Assembly: GCA_030700065.1 (NCBI GenBank)
Contig: JAUYKH010000015.1
Location: forward strand, 1-42,654
DNA length: 42,654 nucleotides
DNA from: a bacterium
GTDB taxonomy: Bacteria > Patescibacteriota > Doudnabacteria > UBA920 > 2-01-FULL-46-14
Direction: 5' to 3'
The notes under the pieces are model-generated. The model had not been told where the DNA came from. It did not search any database and worked only from the letters and a program-made list of their open reading frames with translations. Position 1 is the first letter of the stretch, and every line of letters starts with the position of its first letter. Both the position numbers and the translations under genes were made by a program. Positions 36,633 to 42,654 of this stretch are shown here, one piece after another.

Positions 36633-37250
36633 TTATTTCACAAAAGGCACAAATGCGAAACCGGGGAAACTTTCTTCTTCAAAGCTATCCTTACCGGTTT
36701 TCGTCAAATGTTTGATCGAGCAATCGTACGCTGTTCCAACCGGGATCACTATTTTCCCACCGACGACGAGTTGTTGTTTGAGGGATTTTGGAATTGCCGG
36801 CGCGGCGGCGCTGGCGATTATCCGGTCAAAGGGTGCGGCTTCTGGCAGACCCTCCCAGCCGGACTGATTGCGAAGCTCAATATTTTTATATTCCAATTTT
36901 TTTAAATTGCTTTTGCCAAACTCAAAAACTTCCGGAACAACTTCCAATCCCCATACTTTTCCCTGCTCGCCAGCTATGTGAGCCAAAATTCCGGCCGTCC
37001 AGCCTGAACCAAAACCAATGTCTAATATCTTTTGCCCGGGCTGGGGATCCAAAAGCTCCATCATAAAAGCCACGGTGTAGGGCTGGGAAATCGTCTGCCC
37101 TTCGCCAATCGGCAGGGGGGCATCAACATAAGCGTCCGCCTCAAACCCAGCCGGCACAAATTTCTTCCGGTCATTTGCCAGGAAAGCGAAAATAATTCGC
37201 GGGGTCTTCAAAACCCCGGCTTGTTTTAAACTCTCCACCAATTCACGCAT
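36633..37250 (-). CDS. pcm: Protein-L-isoaspartate O-methyltransferase
   Basis: AY.D.PL.IG.GQTISQP, LDIG.GSGW, APFDRI and QL..GG..V.PVG motifs. Start MRELVES at 37250. Confidence 0.95.
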   Translation of the reverse strand: MRELVESLKQAGVLKTPRIIFAFLANDRKKFVPAGFEADAYVDAPLPIGEGQTISQPYTVAFMMELLDPQPGQKILDIGFGSGWTAGILAHIAGEQGKVWGLEVVPEVFEFGKSNLKKLEYKNIELRNQSGWEGLPEAAPFDRIIASAAAPAIPKSLKQQLVVGGKIVIPVGTAYDCSIKHLTKTGKDSFEEESFPGFAFVPFVK

Positions 37251-37453
37251 CTTTTTTCCTTTTCGAATATACTGGACTTGGCACGAACCTTTTTTGAAAA
37301 AAATTTTTGACTCTGTGATGATTTCCGGCGGCAAACGCTACGGAATTCCCCCACACCCCCTTCCGCGGCGTTTGCAGGGGATAAATGGCGGGCAGCGGCG
37401 GAAAAATCAAGATTAAGGTCAGTATATCAGAAATTTGATAGTCCTTTAAAAAT

Positions 37454-37496
37454 AAAAAAGGCGGACAGATTTGCAAGATTAGCAAAAATGTCCGCC
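37454..37496 (-). terminator. Terminator after tyrA
   Basis: GGCGGACA...TGTCCGCC-TTTTTT on the minus strand. Confidence 0.7.
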
Positions 37497-37502
37497 CGAT
37501 AA

Positions 37503-38243
37503 CTATTGTTCTGCCAGCCTCCTTTCAAGATTTTCCAGTTCCTGCATGAATCTCTGCCGAACTTCGGCGGCAAATGGATTGCCCAACTCGATTGTTTTGA
37601 ACAATTCCCACGAATCCGCGCCCAGCAACTCGGCAACTTTACAGAGATGACCAAAGGCAGTTGTGGCAAGTTCGGAATTACTCACCTCGCATCCGGTCAA
37701 ACCCCGGGCGATGAAATGCGTGAGTGCCTGCACATTAGCCATTTGCCGATCGTGTTGCTCGGCGGTCATTTCAAACAAACGCAGCCCCTGGTCCCGAAGA
37801 AACTGCAACATGAATTCCGACTTGGGAGACGAAGCGGCAATTGGGCAGATGACCAGCCGATGGCCGTGCCAGCCGTCCTTAGCGCTTTGTGGACCGAACA
37901 ACGGATGTGTGCCCAAGAGCTCTATCTGCGGTAAATATTTCCGCATCAGACGAAGAGGTTCTTGTTTGACCGAGCACACATCCATCAACAGCGCGTTGGG
38001 ATTAACACACAAGGTTAACCGGCCAAGCAGTAATTCCATTGATTGTAACGGCACGGCCAACACGACCAGTTCCCTATTGGCCACTTCCTCGAGCGTAGAC
38101 CACCTCACGCTCATTTCAGCCGCTTCATCGTTAAAATTTCGGCAGTCCCAGACGGAGACATCAAAGGTCGTGGCCAGTTTTCGAGCGAAAAACTTGCCAA
38201 AGTTGCCAAAACCAACTATACCCACTCTTTCAATTCTTTTCAT
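37503..38243 (-). CDS. tyrA: Prephenate/arogenate dehydrogenase
   Basis: GIVGFG.FG Rossmann motif, LAVP, DVCSVK, THPLFGP and HD..MA..QALTH motifs; AAGGAG SD. Confidence 0.9.
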   Translation of the reverse strand: MKRIERVGIVGFGNFGKFFARKLATTFDVSVWDCRNFNDEAAEMSVRWSTLEEVANRELVVLAVPLQSMELLLGRLTLCVNPNALLMDVCSVKQEPLRLMRKYLPQIELLGTHPLFGPQSAKDGWHGHRLVICPIAASSPKSEFMLQFLRDQGLRLFEMTAEQHDRQMANVQALTHFIARGLTGCEVSNSELATTAFGHLCKVAELLGADSWELFKTIELGNPFAAEVRQRFMQELENLERRLAEQ

Positions 38244-38434
38244 ACACTCCTTTCATCGTCCCCATCGGAACGTTCTTTAAACCCGAACTTCAGTTTGAGA
38301 GCCAGTACAGTTACCCTGCTGTCTAAACCCTCGGGCAGACTATCCCTGTCGACATGCAGTATCACCCACAACTTTGAAAACCCACCTCCTAGAGCGGCTG
38401 CAACCGAACCAAAGAGTTCATCAAGTTCACTCAT
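38240..38434 (-). CDS. 64-aa hypothetical protein, first gene of the tyrA operon
   Basis: Strong GAGGAGG SD; ATGA overlap with the tyrA start. Confidence 0.55.
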   Translation of the reverse strand: MSELDELFGSVAAALGGGFSKLWVILHVDRDSLPEGLDSRVTVLALKLKFGFKERSDGDDERSV

Positions 38435-38524
38435 GTTTCCTCCTCATCGGAAGCATATGGCCTCCGGGCTTCTCTCTGCGCACCAAAGGCTGGTGTAGCC
38501 TCTCCACGAAATTGTGAAAGAACT

Positions 38525-38551
38525 AAAAACTGGCCCCGCAAGAGGCCAGTT
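38525..38551 (-). terminator. Attenuator 2 terminator
   Basis: AACTGGCCTC-TTGC-GGGGCCAGTT-TTT. Confidence 0.85.
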
Positions 38552-38574
38552 GGAGGAGTCGAAATTTTAAAAAA

Positions 38575-38655
38575 TTACTTCGGCACCTTGAAACAAGCCT
38601 CTTGCAAAGAGCCGTAGTAATAAACATTATTTTTTGGGAACATTACGGTAGTCAT
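38575..38655 (-). CDS. Tyr-rich leader peptide 2 (MTTVMFPKNNVYYYGSLQEACFKVPK)
   Basis: 26-aa ORF with TAT TAC TAC; contains GCAAGAGGC, complementary to the 5' arm and loop of terminator 2. Confidence 0.8.
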   Translation of the reverse strand: MTTVMFPKNNVYYYGSLQEACFKVPK

Positions 38656-38661
38656 AAATTT

Positions 38662-38690
38662 AAACAAAAAACCGCCCCTGCAGAAGGCGG
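38662..38690 (-). terminator. Attenuator 1 terminator
   Basis: CCGCCTT-CTGCA-GGGGCGG-TTTTTTGTTT. Confidence 0.85.
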
Positions 38691-38719
38691 ATATCATCAA
38701 GATTTAGTAAAAATGAAAA

Positions 38720-38788
38720 TTACCGCAACTTCTGCACAATTGAAGTCGGGTAGTAATAGTTGTTCATTTGTTGCTTAATTAAATTCAT
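38720..38788 (-). CDS. Tyr-rich leader peptide 1 ([MNLIKQQ]MNNYYYPTSIVQKLR)
   Basis: ORF from ATG 38788 or 38767 with TAT TAC TAC; contains TGCAGAAG-TT-GCGG, complementary to CCGC-CTTCTGCA in terminator 1. Confidence 0.8.
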   Translation of the reverse strand: MNLIKQQMNNYYYPTSIVQKLR

Positions 38789-38799
38789 AACTTAAGGCA

Positions 38800-38827
38800 A
38801 GTATAGCAAAAATGGGGATTATATCAA
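38800..38827 (-). promoter_or_regulatory. Promoter of the tyr leader
   Basis: TTGATA-16-TATACT with extended -10 (TGcTATACT). Confidence 0.7.
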
Positions 38828-38928
38828 TAGCGATTTTGGGAGTCAGAGAATTAGCCATTTGCTCGTGGGGTGGGTGGGACGAGCGTAGCGAGGAGGTAGT
38901 GCCTCATCAAAATTCAAAAAGTTTCAAC

Positions 38929-39002
38929 TGGTCGGGCTGCTGGGAATCGAACCCAGACTACATCCACCCCATGGACGCGTACTACCACTATACTACAGCC
39001 CG
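38929..39002 (-). tRNA. tRNA-Pro (GGG)
   Basis: CGGGCTG/CAGCCCG acceptor, CGTCC-ATGGGGT-GGATG anticodon arm, CTGGGTTCGATTCCCAG T-arm, encoded CCA. Confidence 0.93.
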
Positions 39003-39335
39003 TTAGTCTTCTCGAGATAGACCTTTAATTTTTGTTTGATTACTTCCCTTCCATAACCGCTTTTGAAAAATTTTTCCGCCGCTGCTGCATCTGACTTTTC
39101 GATGTAAGCTTCATAGAATATGAGTTTAAATGGCCCGTTCTTGGAAGTATAACTACCACCTTGCTTGCGATTGTGTTCAATTACTCTACGACGCAAATCG
39201 CTCGTCAGTCCTGTATACAAACGTTTATTCTTGTCGCTAATTAATACATAAACATACCACATATCAATCCCTTTACACAGTACCCGCCTCTTCGGCGGGT
39301 CGCCGTGGAGGCGACTACCACTATACTACAGCCCG
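38981..39335 (-). mobile_element. Putative tRNA-Pro-targeted GIY-YIG mini-element with 22-bp direct repeats
   Basis: ACTACCACTATACTACAGCCCG occurs at 38981-39002 and at 39314-39335, flanking the GIY-YIG gene. Confidence 0.65.
38993..39262 (-). CDS. Standalone GIY-YIG nuclease
   Basis: YVYVL.S.....YTG.T.DL.RR..EHN, LIFYEAY and A...E..FKSG.GR motifs; the stop codon lies inside tRNA-Pro. Confidence 0.92.
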   Translation of the reverse strand: MWYVYVLISDKNKRLYTGLTSDLRRRVIEHNRKQGGSYTSKNGPFKLIFYEAYIEKSDAAAAEKFFKSGYGREVIKQKLKVYLEKTNGL

Positions 39336-39405
39336 ATTCAGGCAAGGATATTAAAATATTACCATTTTCAAAAAATTCGGACAAAACTAATGAAACAAAC
39401 AATTC

Positions 39406-39437
39406 AAAAGGGCTGGACGAATCCAACCCCTTTGTTT
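39406..39437. terminator. Hairpin terminator
   Basis: AAGGGGTTGGA-TTCG-TCCAGCCCTT-TT on the minus strand. Confidence 0.7.
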
Positions 39438-39505
39438 AATCCTCCGTATGTGAAGCTTACAATTACAATCACATCCTGCGCATCACCTCCTTCAATTTCC
39501 CAGTT

Positions 39506-39718
39506 TTATCGCGCCGCCGCAACCCCTCGTCCCGCTGCTTCGCGCGAAGCTCCGTTCGCTCCGAGGCACTCCGTCTGGTTGGAAAATTGGTGCAGATATT
39601 GGTGCGACTCCCCGCAGTTGTCGCAGATATACGAAAGGTTCGGCCAGCCATCGCGACTTTTCAAAACCGCGCGAATCTGCCCGTCCCGATGAACATCACT
39701 CGCACTTACCACAATCAT
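39506..39718 (-). CDS. 70-aa hypothetical protein with CxxC
   Basis: AAGGAGG SD; YICDNCGESH...H...C pattern. Confidence 0.55.
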   Translation of the reverse strand: MIVVSASDVHRDGQIRAVLKSRDGWPNLSYICDNCGESHQYLHQFSNQTECLGANGASREAAGRGVAAAR

Positions 39719-39993
39719 TAATCTTTCCTCCTTTTCTACTAAAACCGAAATTCCGCAAGCTTTTGCGGAATTAAGGTCGTTTGCTGCGAATTTTGACTAA
39801 ACTTTTTACTTTCCCTAGAATTCCGCCCCGGCTTAGTTAGCGATGGTAATTCCCGCAAAACCGATGATCATGTCGGTTGGAACCTCACTTATTCCATCCC
39901 CTAACCCTGGCTTGGTTCATGGATTAGCAAATAATTTAATCTGAATTCATCCTACCACAGACTGTCGAAAAGTCAAGGATTTATCCACAACGG

Positions 39994-40971
39994 CTACGGA
40001 CCCGCCATTCTGTTAACGATGTCATTCAGCTCCTCGTCCGAAAAAAACTCTATGGTAATTTTGCCGCCCTTTGCCCCTTTGTTGACCGCGACCCGCGTGC
40101 CGAATTTATTGCGTAGCAAGTTCTCGAGCGATTCCAGGAAGGGATCGGGCACAAACATCTCATGGACTTTGATTTTGCGGTTCCTGATCTCCCTGACCTT
40201 GCTCTCGATGTCTCTGACCCTCATCTTGTCCTTCAGAACGATCTTGAACATGACCAGCATCTCTTCCCGATCCCGCAGGGACAGCAATGGCCGCGCCTGT
40301 CCCTCGGCAATCGCCCCTTCGATCAAAGCGCGCTGAACTTCCACCGGTAAATTCAAAAGCCGGATCAGATTTGAGATCGTGGAATCGTCTTTGCCCACGC
40401 GCTTGGCAATCTCGGTAATCTGCAGACCAAATTCCTGCTGGAGCTGCTGATAAGCCTTGGCCTCTTCAATCGGATTCAGATCCGCGCGCTGAACATTTTC
40501 AATGAGCGCCAGCTCAAGCTTGGTTTGCGAGGACATGCCGCGGCTCACAAAAACCGGCACCTTGGAAAGGCCCGCGATCTTCGCGGCGCGAAACCGCCGC
40601 TCGCCAACCACTATTTCATACATTCCATCCGGTCTGGCGATGACCACGAGCGGCTGGATGATCCCGTGCATTTTGATTGACTGCGCCAGCTCTTCAAGCT
40701 TTTCCGTGTTGAAAATTCTGCGGGGCTGAAATTCGTTCGGGATGATCTTTCCGAGCTCAACTTCAAAAAGCGCCTGCCCGTCGAGCGGCGAACGAAATCT
40801 CGCCTGCGGGTCGGACTTCGCCGTCGGATGCTTGATTACGTTTAATTCTCCCCCATGCGAAGGGGGAGATGAAGTGGGGGTAGAAGACGCTGTGGCCGCC
40901 TCATCCAAATCATCCAATTCCTCATCCTTCAGCCCCTCAAAATTACCTAATTTGAATACATCATCGCTCAT
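39994..40971 (-). CDS. parB: ParB/Spo0J partition protein
   Basis: PN.FQPR..F, SI..HGIIQP, GERRFRA, LIEN.QR.DLNPIEEA and HTH motifs. Confidence 0.95.
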   Translation of the reverse strand: MSDDVFKLGNFEGLKDEELDDLDEAATASSTPTSSPPSHGGELNVIKHPTAKSDPQARFRSPLDGQALFEVELGKIIPNEFQPRRIFNTEKLEELAQSIKMHGIIQPLVVIARPDGMYEIVVGERRFRAAKIAGLSKVPVFVSRGMSSQTKLELALIENVQRADLNPIEEAKAYQQLQQEFGLQITEIAKRVGKDDSTISNLIRLLNLPVEVQRALIEGAIAEGQARPLLSLRDREEMLVMFKIVLKDKMRVRDIESKVREIRNRKIKVHEMFVPDPFLESLENLLRNKFGTRVAVNKGAKGGKITIEFFSDEELNDIVNRMAGP

Positions 40972-41606
40972 ATTGATCTAATATCCGCAAGAGCCGTGCT
41001 CTTGGGCAGTTCCTTTACCCATTTCTCAAAAAATTTCCCCAATTCCTCGCGAGCGACAGGATCCTTGATCTTCTTGATATAGGCGCGCCCTTTTTCCAAC
41101 GCCAATTCCAAATCCTGTTTCACGAGCTTGTTTTGGTGAAACTTATAGTGAGTGCATTCAATGTAATCCGCGATTTTCGCGATAATCCCCTCGTCAGTTT
41201 TGGCGCTCAATATTTCTTTTGATATCTTTTTAAAATGACTTCTCTCCGTGCCAAAAAATTTGCTTAAAAATTTCTGGTTTTCCTCTTCGAAGGCCTTGGC
41301 CTTGCGATAGGCCGCGCGATTTGCCTTGGCATACGGCATGGAGATGTCACCGCCGAAAAGTTCGCCCAAATCGTGAATAAGCGTAAATTCCAAAACTTTC
41401 GTGATATCTATTTTGGCGCCTCTTTGATTCAAACTGCGTGCCAGTTGCCAAGCGATGAAGGTAACCAAATAATGGTGTTCCGCCAAATTGCTTAATTCAT
41501 TCGTCGGGATGCCGGCCAGCACATAGCCGGTCTGCGGCTGATTGCGGGTCAGCTCCATTAGTCTGAAAAGCCTGGTGAGATGTTCCATATATACAAAATC
41601 TATCAA
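40968..41606 (-). CDS. HD-domain 5'-deoxynucleotidase-like protein (YfbR family)
   Basis: AEH.Y.V, IHDL.E...GDI and K.AD..E motifs. Start may be 41588. Confidence 0.85.
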   Translation of the reverse strand: MIDFVYMEHLTRLFRLMELTRNQPQTGYVLAGIPTNELSNLAEHHYLVTFIAWQLARSLNQRGAKIDITKVLEFTLIHDLGELFGGDISMPYAKANRAAYRKAKAFEEENQKFLSKFFGTERSHFKKISKEILSAKTDEGIIAKIADYIECTHYKFHQNKLVKQDLELALEKGRAYIKKIKDPVAREELGKFFEKWVKELPKSTALADIRSI

Positions 41607-41628
41607 AATTCAGCCCTTTGAGCAAACG

Positions 41629-41665
41629 AAAAAGGCGGGTCACAATACTATTGCGACCCGCCTTT
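41629..41665. terminator. Intrinsic terminator after the metalloprotease gene
   Basis: AAAGGCGGGTC.CAAT.....TTG.GACCCGCCTTT hairpin with a T-run on the minus strand. Confidence 0.75.
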
Positions 41666-41694
41666 GAGCCGTTTTATGTCAAAGAGTCTTTTGT

Positions 41695-42558
41695 TCAGTA
41701 GAGTTTGTTTGCGCCCGCGATGTCGCCCGCGTTCAGATCGCGCTTTTTGGTTTCGCCATAATCCGCGTAGCGATACATGGTCTCTTCAACGCAGGAGTCG
41801 CTGGGATGGCCAAAGCCAACGGCGTGCCCCAGCTCGTGCGTGGCAATATTTTCAAAATCCATCTTGCCGGCCTCCCCGCTTGCCGACCAATCATAATCAG
41901 TGTCGTCAAATACCATATCCCATTCCACCAATTGTCTTCCCGAAGGAGGGCCGCTGAAAATTCCCCAAACAATGGTCACGGCAATCGCGCCAGCGCTCGA
42001 AACGTCGGCAAAATAAACTTCGTTCTGGCCGTCCGGCGCGGCAGTGTCAGCCGATAAAGTCGTTGTTGCCGTAAATCCGCTTCCTAAAATATTAGCTCCT
42101 GTGCCGTTTCCCAACAGTCCATCCGCCGCGTCTTCCCATTTCTCGATGTCGGCCGTCAAATTATCGAAAACAAAATCACTGCCCAAGCCACGGGTGTTAT
42201 CAGGATTCACTAGCCAAGGTTCCACCGCTTTCCATTTTGCATCCTTGGCAAGATAACTAAAACATGAGGTCCTTGTCGCGCCGGCATTTTGCCCGCCTGG
42301 TTTGGCTGAATTATTTTTGCGGTGAATAAAAGCGATCCCCTCAACACGCAATCCGGTTTGCGGATCCACCGCGCTCCCCAGCGAAATCACTGGTGAATTA
42401 TCAGCCGCCGCGGGAAGCAGAAGCGTCCTCTGCGTTTCCGGGGTTGCAAGGCTGGCGTTTGACAGATTAGGCACCGCACCCGCAGACGAGGCGGTTAGAA
42501 GCAGAACCAAGGCGGTCGGGGTCAAAAATTTAACGAAAAACTTTCTATTTTTTAACAT
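41695..42558 (-). CDS. Secreted matrixin-like (M10) zinc metalloprotease
   Basis: Signal peptide, HELGHAVGFGH (HExxHxxGxxH) and Met-turn ETMY. Confidence 0.88.
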   Translation of the reverse strand: MLKNRKFFVKFLTPTALVLLLTASSAGAVPNLSNASLATPETQRTLLLPAAADNSPVISLGSAVDPQTGLRVEGIAFIHRKNNSAKPGGQNAGATRTSCFSYLAKDAKWKAVEPWLVNPDNTRGLGSDFVFDNLTADIEKWEDAADGLLGNGTGANILGSGFTATTTLSADTAAPDGQNEVYFADVSSAGAIAVTIVWGIFSGPPSGRQLVEWDMVFDDTDYDWSASGEAGKMDFENIATHELGHAVGFGHPSDSCVEETMYRYADYGETKKRDLNAGDIAGANKLY

Positions 42559-42654
42559 TTTTGTCGATCATTAATTGGTTAATTATTCGTATAGGTTAAA
42601 TTTACAACGAATAGCTTTGGTTGTCAACTTTTCCAGTCCGAAATGACCAATTTC

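Noticed and set aside
38429-38458. 9-aa ORF MLPMRRKHE behind a GGAGG motif
   Set aside because: Too short to support, with no control codons or associated terminator; it may be a remnant of a deleted gene.
38525-38800. T-box riboswitch as the explanation for the tyrA leader
   Set aside because: No T-box consensus (TGGNACCGCG) before either terminator and no room for a Stem I. Open reading frames with YYY explain the signal better.
38981-39335. tRNA intron carrying a homing endonuclease
   Set aside because: The downstream tRNA-Pro is already complete, so no splicing is needed, and no group I/II core is visible in about 330 bp.
39981-39989. Replication origin suggested by DnaA boxes
   Set aside because: Only isolated boxes (here and 21774-21782); no cluster, AT-rich unwinding element or dnaA/dnaN nearby.
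1-42654. CRISPR array, rRNA, transposase or integrase
   Set aside because: No regularly spaced repeat-spacer units, rRNA-like sequence or DDE/HUH/recombinase ORFs were seen.

Overview
Window from a small-genome bacterium, most likely a CPR/Patescibacteria lineage. This is inferred from the absence of rpmD from the spc operon, an archaeal-type non-discriminating AspRS, the GH1-EamA-GH-A-ROK cluster, and many standalone GIY-YIG genes and short palindromes. Core content: lgt, aspS-ybaK-scpA-scpB, a sugar cluster, tRNA-Glu(CTC) with a small repeat-bounded cargo region, mraZ-ftsL-ftsI-murF, a lexA/dinB SOS locus, the tuf-S10-spc-secY-adk-cmk-map supercluster, pcm, tyrA, tRNA-Pro(GGG), parB, an HD protein and an M10 metalloprotease. 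The most striking unannotated feature is a pair of ribosome-dependent tyrosine attenuators in tandem in front of a prephenate dehydrogenase operon. Each has a short leader ORF with TAT-TAC-TAC (YYY), a competing antiterminator and an intrinsic terminator. Other highlights: two minimal GIY-YIG elements (one bounded by a 22-bp duplication of the tRNA-Pro 5' end, one by inverted palindromes in the mraZ leader), 130-bp direct repeats ending like a tRNA 3' end, a lipoprotein gene inserted between rplB and rpsS, and amphipathic extensions on uL22/uL23. All calls come from reading the sequence by eye; no database searches or folding computations were run.
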